A stretch of 64,000 nt of DNA from Chrysomallon squamiferum (lineage: Eukaryota > Animalia > Mollusca), in the NCBI GenBank assembly GCA_012295275.1, contig CM022672.1, positions 18,848,001 to 18,912,000 on the forward strand, given 5' to 3'. Numbering within the stretch: position 1 is the first letter of the stretch; each line of letters begins with the position of its first letter. Below the pieces are notes generated by a model, which had not been told where the DNA came from, did no database searches, and saw only the letters and a program-made list of their open reading frames with translations. Both the position numbers and the translations under genes were made by a program. Below, piece after piece: positions 38,861 to 51,600 of this stretch.

Positions 38861-40216
38861 GAGAGGGTACGATACCAAAGTTAGAGAAAGAAAGACACAG
38901 AGAGCAGCCATTCGAACAGAGACCACGTGGAAGTCGGGGAAGGGGGCTTTGAAAATATGAAGGGGGATGCAGAATGAAAAGTGTGAGAAGGGGATTTACT
39001 CTCTGTCTATTTGTGCTGTATTATTTTTTTCACAATAGGCCCTGGGAAGAATTCAGGAAAAAATCGTGACAAACATATTAAAACTGATGATATCCTGCAA
39101 TAAAATATGTCAAGGTTCTCCTTTCTGTCTGCTATCATCATGAACTGCTTTATCATAATTGTATTTTGAAACTACGCCAATATTCCTCATCTTCAAAATG
39201 CATGACTTTAACGTCACAATATTTTTATGTGGCGGTAGTCGTAATGTTATTCTCACTTGTGCCCCAGAAGAAAAAACAAAACAAATAAAGAAACGACAAA
39301 AAAAAAAAAAAAAAATAGTATCATTAACAATAAAAGCATCTGCAACGAAACTAAACAACGATAATTAACATTAATAACAACAACAACACCAACCAATAAA
39401 GTAAATTCGTGTATCTGTTCTTGAAAATCTATACAGTTCAGTCTTCAGTTTAGGTTTGGAAATATAATTTCCATGTGATATATTCCGAAGCATTCCGAAT
39501 ATGTTGACAGTCGTTTTCTCTTTTATTATATATATATATATTCTATTTTTTTTTTTTTTTTTTTTTATTATTATTATTTTTTTTTTAATAAAATCATTAC
39601 AATTTATTATTATTAGCACATAATCATCACAGGTGAGAACCCCTTCTACTCTAAAATGTTGAATTCGCCCGAAAAGGTCTGTCAGTCTAACACATGACAT
39701 AGATAACGACTGCTGAAATGAATGATGTTTAGAAACAAATGTGTAAAATGCTAACAAAAGAAATATTTACTGCAGGCTTTAAAAACGTTTGGCATCGACT
39801 GAACTGATACTCTAGGGCGCCAGCTGCATGAGTAGAAAAAAAAAACATTTATCTTTCGTTTACCTCGCTCTTTTTCAAAATGATGGACTGGGAAAAAAAA
39901 AAAAACTTCTTTCACTGACTTACTCATTCATATTCATGTACTTGTTACTGTAGTGGGGATGATGCAGATGGAAGTAGTAGTAGCAACTGCTGAACAGTGG
40001 AAGCAATCAGAGCCAGATTTACCAGCACTGGCCTGGAGTCAGTGGGTATCAGTGGAGCCAATGAAACTAATTTCTTTCGTTATCCCAGCATGTAAGATGT
40101 GCATGATGTCGATAAGTATGGCATAGGGCACACAAGTAGGTAAACATCACCCTGGAAGCAGTAATGGTATTAACAGCATCATCATGATCATGATCATGAT
40201 CATTATTATAATTATA

Positions 40217-40257
<41 letters not shown>

Positions 40258-42254
40258 CATCGTTATCATCATCATCATCATCAGTATATCATTATTACTG
40301 TTATTATTGTCATATACAAGTATATATCTGTGTGTGTGTGTCACTTATCTGTCTCAGCCTCTTTTTCAGTGCGATTTCAATATGTGTGTGTGTATGTGTG
40401 TGTGTACATTTCAGTTTGCCTACCATCGTATCTACCTAAGTTTATATATCATTCTATTCGTCTGTTTAATTGTGTATCCATCCATCCATCTTCAAATTCG
40501 CTATAAATTGTTTCTGTTCTTTAACCTTAATTAACTCTTTTATTACTATTGCATTTAAAATGTTTATAACCTTTGACTCTAACATCTATGCAAATGGAAT
40601 ATCCACCGAAACAATGAGAACAGATCTTCCCCTATCTCTTTTTATTTTTTTTCAGTATATTATTTTAAACCAACCAAATTCGACCAAACTATTTTTCTTC
40701 GGTATATTTTGTCGTAACAAAACTAAACCAAAATTAATTGAGTATTACAGTAACTGATTCATTAATCTGATAAATAATAGAATAGAAATATTATTAATTA
40801 ATTACTCGAAGAGATGATTAAATAGTTAAGAACAGAAAAATGTATATATCATTTTCGAATAAATTATAAATGTTTTGATTCATTTACTTCACTGCTTTCT
40901 TTGGTTTATATATATTTTTTTTAAATAATAAAATATTTATAATAACAAATAAATAATAAGTTCCAGCACGTCTAAAATAAAAGAACAAAATATCAAACCT
41001 ACGCAACAATGAGAAAATCAACAACAAAACAAAAATCTTGCAACGCTGGTGTATATCGAGCTGTATTGCACAATGTTTAAAAAATAAAAATGAGCAGCCT
41101 TCTGCAAAAAAAGATTAAGTTACAGTTGTCTCTGCGTAACCAAAATGGCGGAATGTTCCGCTACCATGTAGTGATAGACCATACTTAAGTACACGTTTCT
41201 TAGAAACCGACCGAGTCTATGAGAGATGCTGAATTTTTTATTATTTATTATTATTTATTGCTGAAAAGTGACAAAATAAAAAATAAAAAATTAATAAGTA
41301 TTAAATTTAAAAATAAATAAATTAACAAAAAAACAAAACACCCAATAACTTAATTTCAGAAGACTGAGCTTCGTTTAAATTCAGAATACTGAGCACACGT
41401 CTCTTTTTTAAACTTGAAAATCCAAAATGTTTATTCTTAATGAGCTGTAATTAAACACTTATCTTGAGCAATTGTACAGTTAAATAAAATGAACAGTTTT
41501 CAGTTCCTTGTGGATCCAGGCAACATGTTTGAAATGAGCAGTCTTGAGCAAGAGAAAGTTTTATTAAAATTCACTTAAAACAAAATGTCGTTAGATAATT
41601 TCAAAGTTTATGACAATAATTTCCAGCAGTACGTTTATTTGACTGTTACATTATAAATTCCGAACGTTTCAATATTTTTAATCCTATTCTTTTTCTCCCT
41701 GTCTTTTTGTTTAACATTATCAGAATTTTATATTTTCCACAAAATTGAAATTCTTAAATCCATGATTTCATCCGGCAAAAGAATCTTTAAAAAAAAAAAA
41801 AAAAAAAAAAAATAGAAGGTTTGTCTGGCAGATATTGTTATATAAAATTATTATTAACGTGTTCAAAATTTGCAACGTATGATACTTGCGTGAAAGCTTC
41901 AAACACAGATCAACTGAAAGCGTTAGTTCCAAAAAGACAATTCTCAATGTGCGATATTGTCGTTTGTTTTAAGAGCAAAGCAGTTCTACACGTAGTCAGC
42001 TGAACTAATTGAAACTTTTAAAGCGAAATAACACTTCTCCATCGTTTTTTAACAGTGTACGGTTGTCTGACATCATTATAAAATTGTCTGTTATTTCTAA
42101 GTATCCAGATGACTGAACAGCCAATAAAAGTTGAATATGAAAGGCATAATTTGCTGCCGATAGTTCAAATACTGCGTTTATTTGAAAAACGATTGAAATT
42201 CTTCTGAAAGTGCTGAAATGCATCGAAAATATTTGCACAGATCCTCAACATTAC

Positions 42255-42929
42255 TTATAGTTTGTAGTCTAGAAGAACGGCGTACTTGCTTTGGTCGCCC
42301 CCGTAGTTAGCGTTCAGAGAAACTTTGGGATCTGTCTTCTCGCGTATTTTTTCCAAGGAAATGTTTCCTTCCCACTCGTCCGCGGCTCCCGTCTTCTGCA
42401 GATGCTGCCAGTCCCCGTCCACCGTCACCGCCACCGACTCGGCCTTCGGTATTTTCAGCTTGAAGTGGACGTTGTTCAGCTGGGAGTCCCGGCTCAGGTA
42501 CAAGGGTTCGAAGAGGTATCCTCCTTCCAGCCACGGGGCATACTGCTTCGGGAACGGGTGGCACGGCTTCGTGGCCTGCGTGCAGTGTATCAGGTAGTTG
42601 AACACTCCCGGCAGCTGCCTGCTCTCGTCCGAAACGGGCAAGGCGAAGATCTGAAATTTGTAGTATCCCGCCTCCGGGAGAAGAATGTGAAAACCGACCA
42701 CGTTGTGGTCCGTCTGCTGGAAAGCGTTCTCTTTCGTCGTCTGCTCGCGCTTGATGTTTATGAGATTCGACGTCATCTTCAGAGGCTGCGACGTCTGCAG
42801 TTTTATTTCCAGCTCGTTGTCGTCGACGGTGATTTCCGGGTTGTTGTGTGACAGAGTGGACAGTCCCAGTTCCGCGAACTTCGGCTGAGGCCCGAGGTAG
42901 CCGAAAGGCAAAGCCGGCTTGTCCGCCAT
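42255..42929 (-). CDS. Stand-alone 224-aa paralog of the C-terminal beta-sandwich repeats of the hillarin/KY-like protein (no transglutaminase-like core)
   Basis: Aligns end to end with the last ~245 aa of the 48611 exon: LPFGYLGPQPKFAELGL vs LPPGYLGAQPKFNEYGL; YYKFQIFALPVSDESRQLPGVFNYLIHC vs FFKLQLYAVPVSDKSQQIPGVYNYLINC; FPKQYAPWLEG vs FPKQYAQWKEG; LNANYGGDQSKYAVLLDYKL* vs LNANYGGDKSSYSTLLEYYI*. An in-frame TGA lies 12 nt upstream of the ATG. The ORF is intact and GC-rich. Confidence 0.85.
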   Translation of the reverse strand: MADKPALPFGYLGPQPKFAELGLSTLSHNNPEITVDDNELEIKLQTSQPLKMTSNLINIKREQTTKENAFQQTDHNVVGFHILLPEAGYYKFQIFALPVSDESRQLPGVFNYLIHCTQATKPCHPFPKQYAPWLEGGYLFEPLYLSRDSQLNNVHFKLKIPKAESVAVTVDGDWQHLQKTGAADEWEGNISLEKIREKTDPKVSLNANYGGDQSKYAVLLDYKL

Positions 42930-45633
42930 TATTAACAGTCAGAAAACGGCCGTGTCTGTAGCGCGACTTCTTCGTTCAGCGTTGCAAGCTCTTTTGTTGA
43001 GCCAGCACTGAAAGTTATTTTCAGTTAGAACACAGGCGGTAAAAAGACGTCGGATGGGCATTACAGACGCCACTCAGATCAAATTTCTGCTGACGAGCTC
43101 AGCTATTTCAGTTTGCTCCAAGATGTACGTGCATACCATCGTGTGTTACGCAGTGATGTCATTTCTTTACGATTTGTAACAAAAATAAATGCTTCAAGAA
43201 TGTTTTTTCTTTTTTTTTTTCTCTCTCTCTTCCTTTCACATATATGCGAGGTTGTACGTTAGGTAATGCGGGCTGCAGAAGAAACGAGACGGTAAGACTG
43301 ACACACGATGAAAACAGCGCTCATTTATGCTGTTTTAAATAAACTGGTGTTTTTTTAAACTATGAACTCACTTGACATGAAATATTTAATAAAATAAAAT
43401 AACGTTTGATTAAATAAAAAGATAAGAAAAGGTGCGACATCAACAAAACAATTTTTCTTTTGTATAGAAATTATAAATATATATACATAAATAGGGTGAG
43501 TATCCATATATCATACACATACACACATACATATATATATATACAGACACATAAACATACGTACTTACGTACATACATACACACATAAATACATACACGT
43601 AAGAACACACACAGACACAGATGCACAAACATGCATATATATATATATATATATATATACACCCACACACACACGCATACAAACGCTTTCTCATAGATAA
43701 CATTTTTAACCAACGCCGCTGAAACAGAATCGGGGATGAAAATACATATTTGAAAAAAAAATGTATTTACGTTCCTCACACCAATCATTACTGATGGTAT
43801 CTTTTTCCTGGCAACATGGGGGCAAGTTTCAGAACAATGAGCGTAACGATTTTCACAAGGTTATCTCTTTAAGCTCTTTTTCTCGTATTTCTGATTCGGT
43901 ATCAGACAGGCTCGGTTAAAGACCTGCATCTGAGTAGAACCGCGCTGTCTGGGGTTGGAATGCAGTTGTACGTAATCATGCAACAAAAATACTAGTATAA
44001 AATTATGCGTAATGAAAATGCCAGAGTGGTTGCGTCGTTTAGTCAACAGAGCTTAATTATTGATATCCTTATATTGTTGGGTGTTTTTTTTTTACTTAAT
44101 TCTATATAGGGCAGTATCGTAACAGTTGTAGGTCATTTGTTTATCGAACATTTGCCCGCTGACATTTTCCCTCCAGTCATTTTCCTTCTTCATCCCAGAA
44201 ATTAAAAGTATGGCAAATGTGGCACATGTCCTGCGTGTTGTTTGAGTCGGGGCGCTGCTGAGTTCTTTCTCTTACTTGATTTCATGGTTACGGTATCTGA
44301 TGCACAGGGGCTCAATTTACGGAGTGCTTGCCATTGGCAGATACGCTCCTGTATTTAGGAAAACATAATACTGATTATTATTATAGTTATTTATTTATTT
44401 TATTTATTTATTATTTGAACTTAAATATAAATACTTGTAATTAATTTATATACTTAACTGTTTGCTAGAAATCTTTCATTTTTCTTTGGGGTGGGTTATT
44501 TCATTAATAGCGATTCATTCGTTCATTCGTTGTTTGTTTTGATGGTTCATTATTACATGATTATTTAACTATTTTTTCAGCTGATTTTTATGTCCGTATG
44601 TCTAATTCTATTACAGAGTATTTACATTCTTATAATTAATAACCAATCTGATTTGTATCTAAAACGTATGAAGTAAAGAACATATGAAAACATGTCTTTA
44701 TATATAATTCCTTTTATATATGCATGTATATGTACATACGTACGTATTTACACATATTGCATACAGTCTCTGTGTGTGTATAATAAAATATCAAACATTT
44801 ACATCATATATTTACATATTATTATGCGACAATACTAAACATTCTGATGAACTCGCCGTTTTGGAAACCTAGCGATCCTACACTGACAAATGTTTTGGTT
44901 TGTTGACTACAGTTTTTCAACTCACCGATAGGGTAAGTGTTAAAGAACATGTACATTTTACTATCAGATAGACTAACATTAAACCATCATGATATACAGA
45001 TCAAAGAAATGTACGTGGTGCCCTCAACATTTCTCTCTCTCTCTCTCTCTCCTCTCTTCTCCTTGTATGTATATATATGCATATCTCTCTTTCTCTGTCT
45101 CTCTCGCTCTGTGTCTATTTTATTGCCTTTCCTGAATCTATCTCTCATTTATACTGAAAAATAAATGCATCAGATTGATGGCGCCCTTAAATTTATCTGA
45201 TCTGAAACTGTTGATCCGTCCATGATTATCACTATTTCACTTAGAAACCAAATAAGATATCCAAAATTAAATGCTACATTTTAAAGATACACCTCTTACT
45301 TGATGTAATGTTAAGTGGATGTGTTAATACCTCATCTCTGAAAGGATCTGTTATAGTAATAGCCATTTGAGCACCAGCTACTGAAACGATACTCTCAACG
45401 GAAGCAAAACTCTGATGACCTCATCGACTGATAAAAGGAAATAAATGATCGCAGGTGAGCTATAAATTAAACGAGTTAATCTTAGCCATAAATGAAATCT
45501 GCAGACGCGAAACAGAAGTCTTAGAATAAACAGAATCTCGTAACGAAAACGAATTCAGGAGAATGATGAGGGCGAAAAATATATCTACGTTCTTTTCTTC
45601 TTCGTCGTCGTCTTCTTCTTCTTCTTCTTCTTC

Positions 45634-45669
<36 letters not shown>

Positions 45670-48610
45670 TGGCTCTATCTCACAAAATGAAAATACTGCT
45701 GTCTACAAATGAAGATGAAATTCTGAAAATGTTGAAATAAAAAGTCATCGTAAATACTGGATTTGTCTTCGTTTAACAAACGATTCATTTTGTTGTAAAA
45801 TCCCAGGAATTGGATACGCAATTTACAGCATATTGTAAGGTTAAAAATTAAATAAATAAAGATCAAAAGAAGAAGAGTCTTCATAAATTTGGTGGAATTA
45901 CACCCAGTGGAGTGATCAAAAGGACAACTGATTGTTTCTTGTTTTCAGAATGAAAGAGAAATAGTGCTTGGAAGTTTTATTTTAAAGATAAAGAGAAGTA
46001 TTTTAATTTCTTAATTGACTTGTATATGAACCATGTGCTTCGAAATAGGCGTTTTATTCGTTAATTAATGAGGAAATAATTAACACTTGTTGAATACTGG
46101 TAATATGATCGATAGTTTTACCTAACACTTTAATGTTTATTATTATTGTTGTTGTTGTTGTTGTTAATTTTATTACTTGTTGTAGTTGTTATTACTTATT
46201 ATTGTTGTTGTTGTATCATTATCAGTCTATTTATATTTTTTTGTGTGTGTGTGTGTGCATGCGTTTGTGTGTGTATGTGTGAGTATATTCATATGAGGAG
46301 TAATTTTCAGCTTTATTCTTTTGTTGTATTTTATTGCTGTTGTTATGATTCCCTGAAGATTGCATACGAAACTAATAAAATAGGCACATGCCTCACACTG
46401 GGTAATAAAAGAGAGAACATGACGCCCGCTCAACGTCAACACGACATAAACAGTGACAGGAAATGGATCTCTATTTTCACCATTAACCACCCATACACAC
46501 AAACACATCTAAACATTTCCATGTAATATTTTATACTTTGTTTTTGTTCTCGTTTTAACTAGAATAACACGAAGGACGCAGATATATCATTATTTAACGG
46601 AACCCCACACCAGTCTAAGGTTTTGTACAAGTTTAGATGAAGATGTGTTGAAGTCCATATATTATTGGCTAGACGGACGATTTAAATCATCATGATCCAA
46701 AACATCTCGTGAAGATATTAAGTCACAAATACCATCAGTTCTGTATCATGTGTATGTGTCACTGACTGGAAATAATTAAATGGTTATACTTAGGACTCCG
46801 AATCAATTTAAATTTAGAATTTTGTGTAGTGTATTTTCCACCAACCCCAGCCAACGACAATAACAATTACAATAACGGTGAATTTAATTTCATTAATTGG
46901 AGGATTACCCGATGTGAATGTATGAGAAATAACATTTGAAACGTTTGTTTCTGATTAGCGGTAACTACTTTTGAGTGCCGATTTATTTATTTCAGTATCT
47001 GATAGCTTATAGATTGGAAGAATTCTCCTTTCCACAGGTGCTGTTATCCATAGATACGCCTCTGTATATAGGTTAACAATTTTATTCATTATGGTTTTAT
47101 TTATTTATTTCAGTTTAATTTTATTTATTTATTTATTTATTTATTCATTTCATTTCATTTATTTTCTTAACTTCTGATATTTATTAAGTGTTAAACAAAT
47201 AAAAAGAAACAATACTTGCTTAAAATCAAGCTTTTATTGCAAAATAACTGCTTAGACATTGCTACAACATGACGAATATGTTCATCACTGCTTTGCTAAA
47301 GCTAAGCTATCCTTAGCACCACTGTTAAATGAAGTTGTTTAAATACTGATTTAAAAAAAAATAATAATAAAATCTTTGTCCGTGAACATTCAGTCTGAAT
47401 GTTAGCTATAATTTTCAAAATAAAACTGGTTTCTTTTGTATCTCAAAGGTTTTTTCTTACACAAAACAATTAAAAACAAACAACAAATATAACATAGTAT
47501 TTAAAAAATAAAAATTAAAAATTAAAAAGATTAACTGTTCTTTCTTTTCTTGTACATTGTAATGTACTTCTGTGACTTAGTGATGTATATAATACTATAA
47601 ATAAACAGAAAAAAAAAAAAAAAAAAAAAAAAACAGAAATAAAAATAAACCAAAAACAGTTGTGTATGAGATGGTACAGGACGGTAAAATTCAACATTAA
47701 GAAAACAACAGTAATTATAATAGTCTTCACATACATTAACAATATATATATTGTTACAAACATTAACAGCTGGTTCCCATCCATACAGCAAACTAAGGAT
47801 TTTTTTTAAGATAAAGTAATATATAATGTTAAAAAAAAAAAAAAAAAATATTAAACCTCAAATAATAATAATAATAATAATAACAACTAAAATTTAACAG
47901 CAGTGATGACATTTTGTTTTAGAGAGAAAAAGAAATTGCACAGAGTATCCATTAAAAAATAAAAACGATTCAAAACAGAAATATGTAAATCTATATATTA
48001 TGAAATCTAATTCTAAAACTTACAACGGTTAATCCTACATTGCTAATATAATCTACACTTTAGATACAAATAGTTTAGTTAGAATTATATAACATGTTTT
48101 TCAAAATAAAACACTATTTTTCACAATCAACAGAGATGCCATGGTTAAGCAAACTGGAAAGCCCATTTTTGTTTTTAAAAAAAAAAAAATCAACTTGTAT
48201 TTTCCAATTATACAAATCTACATGCATAATTGTTAGCAAATATATTTTTGTAAAACAGCTGATATCTGAATATTAAAAGTAATTTGGGTGTGTTTAAACA
48301 TTCACGATTAAAAAGATATTTTATTATATTTTATATAAAAAAAATTGGCATTAAAGCAGAAACAAATGCAGATTAATTTTTCAAAAAAATAAAATGCAAA
48401 AATTATTAGAGCTGCTAAATAAAAATGTTTCAAGTCTAGATGAAAAATATATCAGTTTGAAAAGCACTATAGAGATTGCAGTAAAAGATATACATGTTGT
48501 AAGTGGTTTTTTAAAAGACACTAAAAGCAGTTCTCTCACAGAATATCACATCTGTAAGCTATATTATAATATTGTTGATTACTCAGACCTCTCTAATCAG
48601 TACAGCTACT

Positions 48611-51600
48611 TTAGATATAGTATTCCAGCAATGTAGAGTAGCTAGATTTGTCACCCCCGTAATTAGCATTCAGTGTAATTTTTGTGTTTGTTCCGTAATA
48701 AGGTGCTACTTCAACCGTGCCAGCCCATTCGTCACCTTGCGATCGCTGCAGGTGGATCCACTTGTCAACTGGATCTTCAGAAACAACAACTGCAACAGCA
48801 TCTGCGTTTGGAATACTGACGACGAAGTTGACTGTCGGTGGAAGCCGGTCAATGCTGACCTGCTGACCGCTGGAGCTTTTTGTAGTCGGGATGATGCCTG
48901 GTTCCTTCATGAAGCAGCCTTCCTTCCACTGAGCATATTGTTTGGGGAATGGGAAAACAGCCTGCGTGACCTTTCTGCAGTTGATCAGGTAGTTGTAGAC
49001 TCCTGGTATCTGCTGACTCTTGTCGCTCACAGGAACAGCATACAGCTGCAGCTTAAAGAAGCCAGTGTATGGAAGGTTGACGATGAATGTGATGTTGGAA
49101 CCGTGAATATGTGAGAAGACGTTCTCAGGGAAATCCTTCTTCTCGTCCTCGCCGCTGATCAGATTTGCTGTCACACGCATCATGGTCTCCGATTTAAGTA
49201 CTACGGTGACAGTGTTGGTATCCAGGTGAATTATGGGATCAAAGTGACTGGCCAGCTGCAGTCCATATTCGTTGAACTTGGGCTGAGCTCCCAGGTAACC
49301 TGGAGGAAGCTTGGGCAGTGGTATTGCTTGGCATTCTTCATTACATACAATCAGGTACTGTCCCACGTGATACAGAGTTGTACCCTCAGTCTCAGGGTCG
49401 TTAGCGTAGATTTCTAGGCCATACTCTCCACGTCCTGGTGCAGTGACATCAAAGAAAGCTGTATTGCCCACATTACGCTGTATGATGTAACCCTCTAGTT
49501 CACTGTCGCTCATGTGGTTGTTCTTCAGTTTTCCCATGAACTGCATGTTCTTGGGGAACTTGATCTGGAGTTCAGCCTTGCCGTCACGTGTTATAATTGT
49601 GGCAGTCTTCTGGTACGTAGCCAGCCCATACTTGTAGAAAGCGGTTCCAGGTCCCCATGTCAGGTAGGAACATGGTGGGAAGGGTTCTGGGGCTGGAGTG
49701 GCTACCTCCTCCTGAACAATCTTGTATTCACACACCTGAGCATATACATTTTCTTTGTTGTCAGGTGTGTCTTCCTTGGCATAGATGTACAGGATGTAAG
49801 ATTCTCGGACAGGCAGACGCAGTCTGAAGGAAGCAATACCATCAGTGCTCTCCTGCAAGCCATATCTGCTGAGCTTCAGTCCATTGTAGTCTTCATCTCC
49901 ATTCTCAAATGCAATCGTGAAGTTGAAGGCGACTGCAATCTTGTGACCCTGGTATCTCAGTCGAATGTTGATTTCACCGTGGCTGTAGATGACTGCAGTA
50001 CGATGTGTCACAAACTCCAGACCGTACTTGAAGAACTGAGGCTTCATGTGCGGCATGTTTTCAAACTCCTGCAGTGTCACTGCCCGGTCTAACAGCTGCC
50101 ACTTGGGATCGTCTGGGAAGTGTGTGTAAATAAGCTGATGTGGGTCTGGAAGGAAGAAGTATTCGTCCAGCTGGTAGTGGAACTCCTCAGTTGTTGCCTG
50201 TTTGCCAATGATTCTACGTGCAGCCCAGTGAGCATCGATCAGACACCAAGTCCCGTAGATGTATACAGCATTCCATGAGTGCTGGTTGGAGCCAGGAACA
50301 AACTTCTGTCCTGGGCGATAGTCTGCTCCTTTAGCATAGCCACTGATTATCTTGGAGTGCAGACCTGCATAGCTGTAATGGTCAAGTGAGAAAAGATAAG
50401 GATTCAAATTTTAATTTAACTGAGTGAACTGAATCAAAAAATGATAATAATAATACAAAATAAAATGCCTATAAAATTACTGACATTCAGATAAAAGAAA
50501 TTTATAATAATCAAAAAAATATATATATTGCTAATTTACCATAATATAATCCCGTTGTCTAGCTTTATTATATTTAAAATTTTTAACGATAAAAATATTA
50601 TTAATTAGTTTAAAAATTAATAAATAAAAAAAAATAATAATATAAATAAACTAAAACATTTGTTAAACAAAAAAATTAATAAATCAACAAAAACATAAAT
50701 AAAACTTACTTGCACATTGTATCAAACACCATGGCGTATGTTGTTTTTCCTGTCTTCAATCCCATCAGCACTTCCTCTGGACTTCCTTTCTCCACATTAT
50801 CAAAGTTCATTTCTTTCAAGTTCTTAGTAGCCAGCCAGCGAAAGATAACTCTGCAAAAATCAAACCACAAATTAACAACACAACAATAACACCTGTTTGT
50901 AATCCGTGAGGAACCATAACAGTTAACTATGGTATCATCAAGTTCTAATAATCAAGGAAATTTCATCAAATTGTACTGAAAACTTTTATATTAGACTCAG
51001 GATTTCAAAAAATGGGTGCAGTAATTTTTTGTAGATAATCTTTCAAGATGAACCAAAATTTCATTAATAAGAAAATAAAATCTGTCGACTATAAATATAA
51101 AGAAGATATGTCAGTAAATTACAAGAGATTTTACTGGTTAATAGTTTTATCAGTATGAAAACATTAAGCTGCATTAAATAAACTCACCTGACTTTTTCAA
51201 TTTCATTGGTGATGTTTTTGGAGTAAATCAAATCCCATACAAGATCTTTGAAACTGTTGTGTTCACTCTTGGACACCTGTAAAACACAGCATTTTCATTT
51301 TTCATGTTCATACAAGAAACAAAACAATTATGTTTATTATTCAAACGCATGATTTCTTCCAGATGGTACATGACTTACTAAACTCATACAGCCATTTCAC
51401 TGAAACATTAGTCAATGTTTTCTACACATATATGATATAATGATTGCTAAATCAACACACAATTCACAGAATTATTAATACAGTATTTTTAAGATGAACA
51501 ATATACAATTCTGTTAAATTCATGCCTATATTTCATTAAGTGAGCAGGCAATCCAATAACTGCACTAACAATGTATGAAATAATCTTAAAATAAATCAGG

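Noticed and set aside
39955-40130. GC-richer stretch with a ~55-codon open frame (MQMEVVVATAEQWKQSEPD...)
   Set aside because: No recognisable motif or convincing splice sites; it cannot be supported as an exon.
42291-42851. Plus-strand 186-aa ORF and other antisense ORFs (48572-49114, 49514-50092, 62122-62496, 63127-63750)
   Set aside because: They are antisense shadows of GC-rich real coding exons on the minus strand.
50373-50407. N-terminal MNPYLFSLDHYS of the 598-aa ORF
   Set aside because: This is intronic polypyrimidine tract; the exon starts at 50372 after TACAG.
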